Below are positions 1-13,956 of a stretch of 64,000 nucleotides of DNA, piece by piece. A program made the translations under genes and the position numbers. Source of the DNA: Ramazzottius varieornatus (Eukaryota; Animalia; Tardigrada); assembly GCA_001949185.1 (NCBI GenBank), contig BDGG01000002.1, forward strand, positions 6,624,448 to 6,688,447, written 5' to 3'. Numbering within the stretch: the stretch's first letter is position 1; each line of letters opens with the position of its first letter. The notes below the pieces were generated by a model. The model was not told the DNA's origin, made no database searches, and worked only from the letters and a program-made list of their open reading frames with translations.

Positions 1-2021
1 TTGCGCGATGAATGTGGTAATTTCTAGCCTGAAAAACAATAAAGCTAGTCGACTTGTATTGACCAACGCCCACTTGCAGTTAAAACAAACTGTAGAATCA
101 ACAAGACAAGTGGATGGTTGATGATCTGCAAGGGCTTACATAGGATATTCAGGATCGTCTAGGCAATAGAGAAGACCCGTTTCTTCAGCGCACACCGGTA
201 ACAACGCGACTGGCTCAGCAGGTGGCGCTGCTTCGGTTGGTAGTGCCGCTGGAGGGTTCTCTGCAAGGGGAGCCGGGACGTGCACCGTGGACCCGTAACT
301 GCTCCCGTGTGCTTTGTGGAGTATGGTGGGAGCCTGGTAGTTCGGAAGGACTATCCGTTCCAATCCTTGTCCCTGAGACCTCCCTGGGTATGCTAGGTAG
401 TCCGTAGGCTGGTCGACACTATTCTGCGCCTCTTTGGGGAACTTCCGATACAGAGCATACTCTGGGTAATTACTCCCGATGACATTATACTGCTGGTTGA
501 GGTACGGTAGAGACTCGACTACTGGGTAAGGGTTGTTTGTCGCTTGATAGACGGAAGGGGCTGGCTGAGGGAAGTAAAATTTGGGCTGAAAGTACGACGA
601 ATATCTCTCTTGAGGTTTGCCATTCTGGTACTGGATAGGGACCTGGTTGAGGTGATCAGGTTTCTGGTAGACAGGTGGGGCAGTCGTCGTGGGTGGATCG
701 TAGATTTCGGGAGAGATGGGTACTTCGTTGTACTTGGGTTGGTAGCGTGGTGGGGGAACTTCTAGTTTGGGCGGCTGGTACTCAGGGTTCGCAGCCGGCG
801 CATGGGCTTTCTTGTGTTTGAGACTGGGGTTCAGGCTGGGCGGTGTGGGAACAATGTACCCGAGTTGTAGTGAATCTTGATCGGCAACGCGGTACCCAGG
901 ATGGGACTTCCGGTTCTTGATAATGTAAGAAGCTGGTGTTACATTCGGGTAAGGAAGTACCTTGGTCTGGCTGAGGGGCGAAGGCACCAGTAAGCTGACC
1001 TATAGATGTCGTTAAAATGAGTTTAACTCGAGCCTGATCGACTTGTGAAATAGCAGCTGCAGTGCATTGACTTTGGGGAGTCCGGTGAACAAACTCGACA
1101 ATATTGTTTTTCGTTGTGGCGCACGTTTCTACTGTGGTTAGCTTGAAGCGCGCGTCACCTGGAAAAATAATCTCGCTTTGTTTGCCTGGGTTCGATTTAC
1201 CTGTGTCGGAAGTTGATAGTCGGTCTTCGCGGGATAGTCTTTATGGTACCCGATGTTTATATTCTTGTTAACCTGGCTAGAAATCACGTTGATGTGGGCC
1301 GCTTCGTACTTGGACTGGACAGGATAGACCGATGGTTTGGGGGAAAGGACGCTGGCTCTAACGAATGGATACACCGGGTTCGCTTTTGATCTTGGGTAAT
1401 GCTGCCGAGATATGAGTGGGGCGTCCTGATACTGCAACTGGCCGTTGTAAGCCTGCAAAGGTTCTCCTACCACTACCACGGGAGCATCCGCAGGAACTTC
1501 CACGAAATGAGAAGGCGGAGGAGTGGTCGGTTCCGGCGGCGGTACCACGACTTGCGGCGCGAGGTCGACGACGACCTCCACTGCCGGAATGACTTCAACT
1601 GGTCGAGTCGTCTTTTCCTTTTGCGCAGAACCTACTCAGTATATTTAGCAGAATTGAACAATCATATTCATCTCATACAGTTTTTGAAAATATTTCTAGG
1701 CATCGCTGGGAGACTGAATCAATTCGATATAGGTCTAATGAAAATTGACAAAGGATAAAAAAAGCACTTACCGCCCTCGTTTTCGGCTTCGCTCTCGCTG
1801 TCCTCATCCCCTTCAGACTCTTCCCCACCAGCTTCGCGGCTGCTGACAGTTGACTGCCCACCACCAGCATTTTCTTCCGGATAGTATCCAGTGATCAAGA
1901 AAGGGTCGTCGGGCGTACTTCCTTTGCGTTTCTTCTTTGGCTCAGGACTGTCACTGGCGAAACTAGAAGCGAGTAAAATAATTCCGACCAGGAACACGCT
2001 AGTTAGTCGCCACATTGTCAT
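1..2021 (-). CDS. Spaetzle/neurotrophin-family secreted protein, 5' part (long Pro/Tyr/Gln-rich prodomain; the gene continues beyond position 1)
   Basis: Signal peptide MWRLTSVFLVGIILLASSFAS. Exons at about 2021-1772, 1631-1201, 1000-141 and 28-1 with GT-AG sites. PVCAEETGLLYCLDDPEYP resembles the C..YC.....YP motif of Spaetzle prodomains. The cystine knot is not in the window. Confidence 0.6.
1076..1195. repeat. Fold-back element family A copy (spaetzle-like intron)
   Basis: GTGGCGCA-27 nt-CGCGTCAC core with AAACTCGACAA / TTTGTTTGCC arms. Confidence 0.7.
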
Positions 2022-2668
2022 TCACGATATTTACGCAGAAAAATACCGTCAGAAAAGTTTGAGACTGAATTTTGATCTCGCTGAGAAAATTTCATGTCTT
2101 ATATCTTACAGAACTTGCCCACGACCCAATTCGACAATAGGCAGTGGAGTGACCACTTGACGGCTGGTTAGTTGGAAGCTGCCCCCGACAAGGCAGCGAC
2201 GACCGCGTCACCGTCTGTAATGCGGTTTGCGACTGACATCGCGAGAAATACCATATGAGTAGGCAAGAACCTGATATCTAACTCAACGAGCCGCCGAAGA
2301 TCGCGCGGAGGTCTCTTCCTGAAACTCAACATGAGCGACATGTCGTGTGATCATGTTAATGTGGGCCATCCGTATAAATTGAGGGGGTGATTTGACGTTC
2401 ACTCTTGATTGATACAGGCGAACGAGAAATGACAATCCAAGTGTTTCAAGATCGTTCTTTGTTTCTTGAACTTCGTTCGTGAGTCGTTCTAAAGAAAATC
2501 AACTCGACTCATCAAGCTGACATACGTCATGGAGCTGGAGTAACACATACCAGCCATGGTCGTCCTCCACGAAGCTTACCTTAACATACATCTTCTGTTA
2601 CAGTTGTTTGGTACTAACGAAGGACGTCTTTTGCTCGTCAACAACGCACTCCAAAGATTTTCGAAGAT

Positions 2669-2790
2669 GGGAGGCCCGACTAACAGGCTCGGAAAGATCG
2701 TTATATCAAGTGGCGCACGATTACAGCAGATAACAATAAAAACTGCGCCACTTGAGACAACTATCATCCCGAGGTAGTTTGCCGGCCTCC
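2669..2790. repeat. Family A copy (intergenic)
   Basis: GGGAGGCC...CAAGTGGCGCA-26-TGCGCCACTTG...GGCCTCCC. Confidence 0.85.
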
Positions 2791-3038
2791 CAGAAATTAC
2801 AGCCCCGCTACTTTTATTTCACGCCCACATTTATGTAACACGGTATTCAACAACCGGAAGGACACAAAAAAAATAAAATCTAAATATATTTCACCGTTGC
2901 ACGAAAGGAGTTCACCGTGGTATTTGGATGTGAGTCAAACAGTTCTGAGTGGATTTTTGCGGTACTTCCGTGTCGCTGGGAACTCTAAAGAGTAGAGAGA
3001 TTTACCTCGCTTATCACAACAACAGTACGTACTTTGGT

Positions 3039-4872
3039 TCACAAGATTATCTGCGGGGGAGCCGGATGGACGTCTTCTGCTGGATTCGGGCAGATCGAAC
3101 CCAGGTCATATCGGTTGTTGGCCATCAACATTACGCCCTGATAGTGGATCAACGCAGCAAGGACCACTAGAACATGGAATATCTGATGGCTATGAAACTG
3201 CAAAATAATAAACGATACATTGAAATTCATTCAGCTACGGACCACTGCTTGTATTTCCATGAGAAAAAAAAGCCGACCGGACATCTTTTTCCATACCCAA
3301 ATATCGAATTGACCAGGATACCATCGTTCAGGAACTCGTGCAGCATAGCACAGCTAGAAGAAAGAAAGTCAGTTTCAACCACAATGCTCCCATCACAAAA
3401 CATATCTTTTCCCGGTGTCGTCATAGTATACCGGTGAATCAATGTTCAGTGTCCACTCTACTTACTGCGCCCAACAAGTAGAGTGCTCCCATTGTCAAGA
3501 TCCAGTACAGAGAACCCTCGTTCACGGACTTCTCCCAGCCATTTGCTGTTGAGTAGAACACCACTCAAAAATAACATGACCGTCGACTTTCTCATTTTCG
3601 AAATTATGCAAAATTTTACCGATGGTATAATGAAGAGTGGGGACGACGCCGCTGGCTCCAAGACAAGAGAAAATAACTGTCAAGCAAACAGACTATGATC
3701 AGCTTCCGTTTCATAAAAATATTCTCTGGACAGACGGAAAAACAGGAATACTCACAGGCACGAATCGGTCGAAACGCCGGTTCGCTAAACTTGTTCCATA
3801 ATGACACAACGATGCAGCTGGTGGACAGGACCGAGATGATGCCGATATACGTGTACTTCTCCAGCTGGTGGCAGTAAAAGCTGTAATGCAGCCAGGGAAC
3901 GAATGAGCCCAAAATCAGCAGTGAGATCCCGCAGTAATCCAATCTGAAAGAGGCTCTGATTTTGGCTCCCAAAACCAGACTGGAAAATCTGGTAGAAATT
4001 TTGCAAAAACAAACAACCCACTTTCCGAAGACCAAACCAACTCTCTCGGAGTGACAATACAGAGTGTGGTACAGGAAGGAAAAGCCCATGCAAACGATGG
4101 CCCCCGCAAAGAAAGCGGCAAACGCCCACTTCTCTCCAGCAGGAAACTCTTGTTCCGCCGGAAGGAAGAAGTAGACGGCTATCCCGATGAACAAGATGCA
4201 ACCTGAATGAACAAAACAAAACCTTACATCGATACAAACAACCAGTGCGCCTTGCACTGTTGACGCATAAATAATCTACCTATCAAATGTGTCCAGATGT
4301 TTCCAGTTTCGGTGTGGATACTGAAGATGGACCGGAAGCATTCCGCGAAGGATTCTATCTGCGGCCGATGTCCCGAGTGCAGATAGTCGTTATCTTTCAG
4401 CCAGTCTGGCAAATGCGAAAACGGCGTCGCTTCCCAAACCTTACGAATCACTTCCTGGGCCTTATCGGAAGCATCATGTAGCATTTCCTTGCCAGCGGCG
4501 ATAGCTGCCTTTCCTTCTTGCTGCCAAAATACAAACAATCGCGTTAGTTTCGATTGCGAAATTGTCAATCACAAACAGAAAGGTTGATCTTACCTTAATA
4601 TCGTCCAGGATGTTCTCGGCATCACTGCTAGACTCATCCGAGGAAGATTCTTCCTCCGACGAGGATTCAAGGTCAGCTTTCTCGCCTTTGGTCGCGTTTC
4701 CGTTTGGAGTTCGGCGGACGTGACGGGCACGAAGGCCGCAAGACAGATTGTTCTGATTGTCGATGGACATATCGACGGGAGAATCAGTCGGACTTTTGTC
4801 AGCACCACAGGTCGAGCAGACGTCGGTCTCGCTCTCTGGTAAGAGGTTCTCGTGAACAGGCAGAAGTTCCAT
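3039..4872 (-). CDS. ADIPOR: Adiponectin receptor / PAQR family membrane protein (about 8 exons)
   Basis: LPDWLKDNDYLHSGHRP, IHTETGNIWTHL, HTLYCHSE, LDYCGI, RVPERWYPGQFDIW and FHSHQIFH, with the Zn-binding His residues intact. Confidence 0.95.
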
Positions 4873-5690
4873 GCTTGTTTTGGTCACTGAAAGGAAGCCC
4901 GAGAAGGCATACGGTCCGACGAAGACGGTTACCTACTAAGAGCAAAAAATTAAGTGGCCTCTTAAAGAGCTCCTAACGCTCGGGAGACGCTTCATCGGAC
5001 TATGTCTGCAGCAAGAACAGCAAAGGAAGAGGATGGTCAATTGAGTACGCATTATTCTTCCAATTAAGCACAAGGCTACTTGACGTCCTTCTCCCCTGAA
5101 GATATAGCTCGCAAAGAGTATTGGTGACTTACGCGATCAGGCAGAACGGCTCGAAGACGCCCCGAGGTTAGTGTTAGTCACTTCCGGATACTAAACACTC
5201 TATCCGAACTTCCGTTTGGAAGGCTTTGTGTAGTGGGTACCACAGTGAGATCTGCTCTCAGCAAGCGAGTGGGAATACGATTCTTCTATAACCGACGACA
5301 ATGGTGGGATAGGCACAGTATGGGAGGAGACGATGCGCTACTACTGTATCCCGTAGGAACAACCAGGATGAAAGGTAAGATACTTCAAGAAATTCGAAGT
5401 GAATCACGCCGACTGACGGTAAAAGACTGCGAAAATAGATCACTGTGAAGAAGGAAGGTGAAAATGAAGTAAGCGGTTCACGTTGATAGAAACGAGGTCT
5501 GTCTTCGGGCTCTGGCTCTTACTGTGACCCTCGATTTTAACTTGGGTGAAGCTACGTACGTACAGCCGATACTCGCTCTTGTTCGAAGAATTTCCGTTCG
5601 GAAATCAGCTGACCAATGTTTTCGTTACGTAACGTGTTTCCATCTTCGGATGTCCAACCGGTTTCGTTCCAGATCCACGTATTCTTCGCA

Positions 5691-6499
5691 ATGGACGATG
5701 CGGAAGAGGAGCCCCTGCAGCTATCGGAGGAAGCTTTCCGCGCTTTGAGGGAGTTTCATGCAGAGCAGGAGAAGACGCCGGACGACGCCGAAGGACTGCC
5801 AATTTCCGAAAACTGGGTACAGTAAATTTTTTTCATCTCGGTCTTTTAGACGATGGCCGAAAATCTGTTTATGCTGTTCGCTTTGCAGCAACTGAGCCAG
5901 TTTTGGTATGACGAATCAACTTCTAAATTCCTCGCCGAAGAAGTCAGGAAGTCTTCGCAGAACGGAGACTGGTGAGGTTTTTCCGCATGGGCTCGTGGAC
6001 GATGGTCAAAGAGAGCTTCCGGTTGTAGTTATTTCTTTGTAGGATAGCTTGCCTTAGCTGTCCATCCCTCTACAAGTCTCTCGTGGAAGTCATCGGTAGG
6101 CATACCGAAGAGGATAAGAATCTGACGGTGTTCCTGTTCGAGTATGACGAACGATTTCTCTCACTGGCTGGAGACAAGTTCGTCCAGTACGATTTCAACC
6201 ATCCGGAAGCCATCCCAGAAACGCTTTTACGCAAGTTCCAGTACATAGCAGCAGATCCTCCTTTTTTGTCACAAGACTGTTTTTCTAAGACGGCAGAACT
6301 GTGTACAAAACTTGGTACTAGCTCTACTACGAAGATATTGTTTTGTACCGGGGAAATTATGGAAGAGAACGCCAAGCATACTCTTGGTCTCAACAGGACG
6401 AGCTTTAATCCTCGCCATAAAAGCAAGTTATCCAATACGTTTGCATCTTTCACAAACTATCCACCTGCTGTACTCAACGACCATGTGCAAAATGAGTAA
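5691..6499 (+). CDS. EEF1AKMT1: eEF1A lysine methyltransferase 1 (N6AMT2), 3 exons
   Basis: ISENW|QLSQFWYD, IACLSCPSLY, LFEYDERF, ADPPFLS, ILFCTGEIM, LSNTFASFTNY. Confidence 0.93.
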
Positions 6500-6611
6500 A
6501 ACGAGAAAAAGAAGAAATCGTGTCCGTGACTCCGTATATGCAGATATAGCATCAATAAACATGAAAACGTTAGATTCGGTAAAGGGAGGTATTAGGAGAG
6601 CGAAATCAAGG

Positions 6612-8844
6612 TTAGTGGTATTCTGTCAAGTTTCGAGAGTCATTATAGGGTGCATTGCGCAGCACTTCATCCAGAAGTTGCAAAGCCCGGTTGAGCTGGA
6701 CTTCGATCCAGCAAGGAGTTTCCTTGATGGTTCTCCGATTGTAGTCGGGACCCCATCCTTTGACAAAGCTGAGTCGGACAACGCACAGGCGGCGAAGGTC
6801 GTCCGCGCCGATGCCGGCTAACGATCCGACAGTCATAGGTGAAGGTGGCGGAAGACTGTGGCGATTCCCCGTCACAGCGACCGCTTGCGCGTGAGCAACC
6901 AGCTGGGCTTGTCCAACTTGCTGAACCATCTGGTTATAGCACTGCCGCAGGTCGAACACCTTCAGCAGCGGTGAATGTGGATGAATTTTGTGAACGGCAT
7001 CGCCTGGAGCTCTTCCAGCTTCTCGGTCCTACAGGAGTAAAATCCGTGCGTTCAACTATCCCATTTGCGCAACAGGACTCTAGAATCTATATCGCTTACC
7101 AGGTAGTAACTTTGGACGAAAACACTGTAGTCTCCCAAACAACGCAGCCACACGCTGCCATCGATCTGGTTCTCTAGTTCAACTCCTCTTCCTAAAATTC
7201 AAATAGCGGTATGTCAAGAAAGCGATCATATAACAGTACTAGTAAATGTCTAATCATTTCCCAAACGAGACTCAAACAAACAGTCGATATTCTGCGGTAT
7301 ACGATCTCACCGATATGAAGCCTTGCTTTCTCGCTGGCTTCTGTTCTCGCCACGTTCGTTAATGGTCCGAGGCAGAACCGATTCTGATGTCCTACATCGA
7401 AAGTATCAAGCCTATTACAGCTGCCTCGATGCTCCACAGAGCCTATTGTAGCTGTCACGATACTCCACAAAAAAAAAATTCCGGTACCTGGATCAACGTA
7501 ACCGTCAACATAAGCTGTAGGATATGCAGTGCGGACTTTGAAGGTTTCTCCTACCTAAAAATACAGCCGAGTTTAACAAGCTGACAGAAAGTAGCAGACA
7601 GTCATCTGGTACCTTTTGGTCAAGCTCAAAATACTGTATAGTACACCAGTGGTCCAGTGGAGGTTGCGTCAGGAGTGCAGTCTGGAATCTCGCATCCTCC
7701 CATAGCTGTTGCTGCTGTAACCGTAGGTGCGGAATAGGAGATTCGGACAGCTCGGGAACAGAAGCTGGGTTCGGGCCGACCCAGTAGTTTGGAGGTGAGA
7801 GAGGAGGATGTGCGTTGAACTGCGTAAACACCAACGAATGCGGCGATTCAGGAGGCATGGGAGACAGGACATTTGGCATGGACGAAGACGCTGCACGTGA
7901 CTCGTAGTGACTTGGTTCGTGCCTTGGATGCACAATGTTCGACGTGGGCTTCTTGTTTTCCACCGTGACAGGTGCGGGCGTCGACAGCACAGAATGCTCC
8001 CTGAAATCCATAAAACTAAGGCGGTGTTTCGAGACTACATAAGAGGCTCAGCAAAAGCCTACAAACTCAATGAGATCGTTTTACCAAGTGGCGCACACTT
8101 TCAGCCAATGACAATGACAACGTGCGCCACTTGAGAACATTGTACCTGGTGGTGCTGGGTGACGGCAGAGGAGCGAAGAGTCCCGCATTCCCTCCGACGG
8201 ATATTCTGGATGTGTCCGCTCCGTCGAAGCTGTCGTCCTCTCCTTGATTATCCGGCTTGAGAGCTAAACCTTGGAAGGACAGATCGATCCCCGGAGAGAC
8301 CACCCGCTCATAGTGGTAGGGATTAACACACACGTTGTCCAACTTCAAGTCGAATGCGTACTGGCAATTTGCCACATGTTTCAGTTCGTTCTTGTGCACG
8401 TCTGGCCACCTCCAAATCTTCGCGTAGATAACATGCGGGAACACTTTCCTTCCAGCAACCTGTCAATATAGCACACGGAGAAAAACATTGGATATTGGTT
8501 GTTACTGTCTGTACATAAGGACCGGAAGTGAGATTCCGTTATCCACTTCAGTATAGGAATATATTATGTAGTCCCTCTGGTACCTGTAAACGCCCGTCCA
8601 AGGTACGTGGAATCGTAGCACATCTGGTCATATGAGAGCCATTACTGGTGATGGCGAGAATGAGAGCGTCGAGTTCGTCGGGCTTATCTTTCAGCTTCTT
8701 GACCAAACTTTCGATAGCTCGTTTCGAAAATCCTTCTGATTCTCCACCTTGTCGATGGCACATCAAGTTATGCACGATACTGATGCAGGCATCCGCGGAC
8801 GACGCAGGCGATCCCGCTGAAGCTCCAGATATGGATCCAGTCAT
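6612..8844 (-). CDS. SMAD4: Co-Smad SMAD4/Medea
   Basis: MH1 domain ([47 protein letters not shown]) and MH2 domain ([12 protein letters not shown]|[35 protein letters not shown]); no C-terminal SSxS. Confidence 0.96.
8043..8139. repeat. Family A copy (SMAD4 intron, one arm truncated at the splice donor)
   Basis: CCAAGTGGCGCA-27-TGCGCCACTTG. Confidence 0.85.
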
Positions 8845-9603
8845 CTCTTCGACAGTATCATAAGTCTGCTAGAACGATAAAGCAACGTCAATCAAGAATG
8901 ACCCGCAAGAACTAATATAATTTCCTGCGCACGCGGTCAAGGCACTTCCCGGGACCATCAGTTAATCCGAACAGAAGGCAACTACGACGACAGTGATCTG
9001 CTATGGAGTCTGATTTTGTAGAAGGAACTGTCGAAGAAAGAACAAAACATCACTGCCATAATAACTGCTAAAGATCGACGCAGATAACGGGACAGGGAGC
9101 ATTCCTGATGTTAGTATGTCCGCAACCCCATTCGTAAATATAATATTATGACATGACATGTCATGTCATTCGTTCACAATTCTTTCTCTCGCCGTTTGTT
9201 CCGTGAAAATGATGATAGTACCTGGAAGAGCGCTAAAACCCACATATTTTATTATGCGGCTCGCGCAACACAGTGACGCCAGGTTCAATCCGATAACCAA
9301 ATTCACGACTTCCTCGTCAAGGATCTGGTGTTCTGGCCTAAAAAACAGAAACACTGTTGTGTTAGTTGCGGGGTCTCCAGCAGAAACAATACATACCAGC
9401 ACTCTACAAGCCGCTGAACTCCTCCATCAGGGAAATCCATAGAAGAAGGACAAAGCAATTATCAGAGCAGAGATTTTCCTGATGAATATTTACTAGGGAT
9501 TGAACGAACACACGAACTCGACAGACACCGGGAAGGGCATCCAGAATTTTCCTGATATCTTTGGTGAGATCCGACGTTCCCCGGTTAGCGATATGCACGG
9601 GAT

Positions 9604-10878
9604 TTAAGAGCGTGCCGTTATCGAGGAAACAACTTCCGCCACGCATTTTGGACCCACTCCGTCCGGCTCGTCGTGGACCCGATGGTACGCATTCGGATAA
9701 ATCTAACAAACCCAGCGCACTGGTCAGAAATTCGGAGTTTGGGATGTTACAGTTTTTCTAACCCCTTAGCCAGCTCACCGAGATGGTTTTGTCCGTGCTG
9801 GGCGTATTCTCCAGAAGCCGAGCACCAGACACATCTGCAATCTTATCCGCGTCGCCATGAATACACAGGAATGGGAAGGTAATGTCCTTGATGCGAGCTC
9901 CTAGCTGATCCGCTGCTTGCAGCAAAGCATATCCTGTACCGACGGTCGCTTTCTTCCGGAAGACTAACGGGTCGTTTTTGAATCGCTCCACCTGCGAAGA
10001 ACAATCATTAAATCCACAGGGTCTTATATATATATCAATAGTAAACGATTTCAATGGACTTACAACTTCCCGATTGAGCGTTAAATTGTCATAGTTCAAG
10101 GTCTTTATCCCCAAGTTGGGTGCCATCTTGGACAAAAAACGAGCGAGGAACTTTCTGAATGGAGTTGCAGCTTCTGGATTCGTCACTATGAACGGCGCAA
10201 GGAGAACCACGCCCCGAAAGAGCTGTGGCTGCTGAAGTGCGGCAAGTATAGAAACGGTTCCACCCTGAATAGTAAGTTAGATATCAAAATAAAACGTAAA
10301 GTATAGGAGGTAAGAAAACAGTAACCAACCATTGAATGACCAACAATAAAAATAGGACGTCCTGGAAATTTTTGCTTCACCACTTCCACATGTGCGATGA
10401 CGTCGGTCACGTAATGGCCGATGTTAACTACTTGACCCTTCACGCCGCCGCTCTTGCCAGGTCCAGCTGCAAAATTAATAGTTGTTTCAGGTCCTCAGAA
10501 TCTGGCCATTCTCTGGTACAACGTTGCGAAGCACCGTGCTCTCACAGTGATCATGTCCTAACACGAAGTACGCGGCTCTGGTCAAGGCATCCATCAGAGT
10601 TATACTCATTCCGCAGTACTCGAAAAGTCCATGCGCCACGAAAACAAGTCCCCTGAAAAACGAATGGATAATGATAAACCTGCAGTAAATCGGCCACAAA
10701 TACAGTATAGCTCCTCGTAGTGCGGAAATATGCGGCAAAATAAGAGAGAACTGGTTCTTACCAACGTCGGCTGTTTGCCAGGCGGAAGCTGAGGCTCCCA
10801 GTACCGACAATATATGTCGACACCTTGCGAGCCGGCAAATATTCGTCCGTCAATAAGATCCATTGCCGCTGGCAGCAT
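9604..10878 (-). CDS. Monoglyceride lipase-like alpha/beta hydrolase, copy A
   Basis: VFVAHGLFEY, GHSM|GG nucleophile elbow, FLCIHGDADK, IYPNAYHRVHDEP; spliced across canonical introns. Confidence 0.9.
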
Positions 10879-12672
10879 TCGGTATTCCCTCGTAGCTGAC
10901 AGAGTTCTAAATCGCTGACCGATTACGAACTTCACGGTAGTTTCCGATCCACGAGCCTTGAAATTTCTTCCATATGCACGGAAGAGCCAGCAAGTAAGAG
11001 ACCTTGCGCCAACCACGAAATCCATCCCAATTAGAGAAACCGGCTTGCTTTTCGTATCAGTAGTTTGTTTTCAGATCGGCTGAGTGGACTTCAGCGCTTC
11101 TGGTCGAAGACAACAGATGTGCTGTTTTCAAATAAATTTACCGCCCACGCTGAAATAGTCTTCCAGGTGTTACGTTAGTGTTTCTTTCGTCGTCCTGACT
11201 TGACACTTGCCGTACCGTTGTCGGCTAGCACCTCGAGATTGCCAAGTGACTACCTTTCGACCTGACCATAGAACACCCAGTCTATCTGATTTATAACTAC
11301 GACTAAGAACTGTCAAGCACGTCGAAGGGCTTCGCGTGGTACCTCGCCGTGGCCCAAAGTCTCAAAAAACTGTCCGCCCAATTAAAGGGTTTTGCGTCGG
11401 AACCGATCCAGGCGCATTCTCACGCTGTATGACGTCATGGTGATGTCAAACTCTTCCACTTAAAATTTCGAACCCCTTCAGATTTCTCTGACGTAGCCAC
11501 CTGACCACTGGTCAGAAGGCTAAATGAACCTCAGCACGGTGTTTCTGGATGTCCGGTACGCCAGATCGCATCAGCAGTTCCACTTTGCCGCAGAACTTCC
11601 AGTAACGGTGTTCGACCAAATTTCTCTCGTTTTTTCAACCGGTAGGACTCGGCCACGCTTCTTAGGTATCCGATCTATCATCATGCCTATCAGTCATATT
11701 CCATAAAGCCACCTTCTGTCTTTTGTATCCTAGAATCTCGTTGTATTCGACCTGAAAAGTATAACGTCCCTTTGTGATGTCCTTCAACAAGACCCTTCAC
11801 CAATTGCTTATCAAAACAACCGACCGATCTTTTTAACCAACCAAATTTTATTTAAAACAAAATTTGGGACCCACGGCACCCACTCACGGCAAGCTGCGAG
11901 CGACCAGCTTGTACCTCAAAAATACTAGACAGCTAATTGCTTACAAAAGAAGTAAATAACCGTTCTGGGTCAGTGCGTCTACGGGTTTTCCTTGAACCTT
12001 TCTCGATCGTCGAAGTTCCCGAGCCGCCACCTCCTCGCACCCAGCTTTGACAGAGTTCCCGAAGTCCAGGTGTTGGTACGCATGCCAATAGGAAATAAAA
12101 TGGTGCGTTCACAGGGAAAGACTGGAGAAATACTTGCCGCTAACCACGGGCCAAGGTTATTAAGATAACAACTGGGACATGGGCAGATGACTTCATCGTA
12201 CTTTCAGACAACTACGATGGATGTGTGCGCCACTTGGGTTGACGATCTGGTGCAATCCATCTTGCCCGCATCTCAGTTAAAGCCGCCAATATGTTCGATG
12301 TTATCGGCACTATACAGACGCCAGATCAAATTACAATACGCGAATGCTCAGCATTGGACGGGAAGGGAACGTTCCCGATACTTCCTCGTTACTGAAATCG
12401 GTGAACGTGACTCCCCGTACCTTAGGATGATTCCGAGGCTAAATCAGGAGTATAAACTGGCGTATACGCACGTGTGGAAAACAAATTTAACAAATTAAAG
12501 CTGAAAAAGTTTGCCAATGGAAGAAAATCATAAAAATACTTTTCAGAACAACGGAATTTACTTTGTATACTACCAGTGCCGGGACTGGTTAAACATCAAT
12601 TATAAAACGAGTACTTTTTTCCAGCGAATTTCGTAATAATTATCGTTAACAGTGCATATGATTGATCAAGAT

Positions 12673-13956
12673 TCAAGAGCGCGCTGATATCCAGGAAAGA
12701 ACTTCCGCGACGCATTTTTCACCCACTCCGTTTGGTTCATCCTGGACACGGTGGTACGCATTTGGATAAATCTACCAAACCCATCGTCAAGTCAGAAATT
12801 TAGCCGCAAGATTTCGTAAGTCTCTTCTGATTTCTCAAGTGCGGCTTACAGAGATGGTCTTGTCCGTGCTGGGCGTATTTTCCAGAAGCCGAGCCCCACG
12901 GACGTCGGCCATCTTATCCGCATCGCCATGAATACACAGGAACGGGAACCTGATGTCCTTGATGCGAGGACCGAGTTTTTCAATTGCTTGCAGCAAGGCG
13001 TAACCTGTGCCGATGGTAACTTTGTCCCGGAAGATTAGTGGGTCGGTGTTGAAGCGTTCCACCTGCGAAGGTTCACCATCAGCTCCACGGGATACTCCCT
13101 AATTAACTCGAGGAAAGGACTTACCACTTCTCGGTTGAAGGTAAGGTGGTCGTTGTTCAAGTTCACCATTCCGAGGTTCGGCGCGATCTTGGACAAGTGA
13201 CGGGCGAGGAACTTTTTCAATGGAGAAGCGGCTTCCGGGTTCTCTATGATAAAAGGCGCAACGAGCACCACGCCCCGAAAGAGCTGTGGTTGTTCAAGCG
13301 CGGCAAGCAAAGTAATAGTTCCGCCCTAAATGGTGACTTTGACATTAAGGTCGGAGAAAAAAAATGAGAAGTTAATATGTGTGCATGGGATAAAAGAATA
13401 GTTACCATCGAATGGCCAACGATGAAAACAGGAAGTCCAGGGAACTTCTGTTTAACCACTTCAACATGCGCGAGGACGTCAGTCACATAGTGGTCAATAC
13501 TGATCACTTGGCCCTTTATACCGCCGCTTTTGCCATGTCCGGCTGCAACATTCCATATTCGTTTCAAGTTCTCGCGAAATCCAGATACATACAGTAGAAT
13601 GTGCAAAATACCAAGCTCTCACAGTGATCATGTCCGAAAACGAAGTAACCAGCTCCGATCAGGGCGTCGATCAGAGTTTTGTCCGTTCCGCAGTACTCGA
13701 AAAGTCCGTGGGCCATGAACACAAGTCCCCTGAAACACCAATACCTCTAAATACAACATCTGGCCGTAGCTATAGATAAGAGGACTATAGTATGATAGCT
13801 CTTCTTACTGTAGAAAGTGTGCGACAAAACTGTAGAGCCGGTTATCACTGACCTAGGTTTTTCACCAGATTGCTGCTGAGGCTTCCAGTAGTGACAAAAT
13901 ATGTCCACTCCTTGCGAGCCGGAAAATATTCGTCCATCAACAAAATCCATGACCAT
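12673..13956 (-). CDS. Monoglyceride lipase-like alpha/beta hydrolase, copy B (tandem paralogue)
   Basis: Same exon structure as copy A; GHGKSGG, GHSM|GG, IHGDADK, IYPNAYHRVQDEP. Confidence 0.9.

Noticed and set aside
11890-11928. Hairpin CAAGCTG...CAGCTTG followed by CTAG, resembling a Helitron 3' end
   Set aside because: The base after CTAG is A rather than the expected T, and there is no identifiable 5' end or second copy in the window
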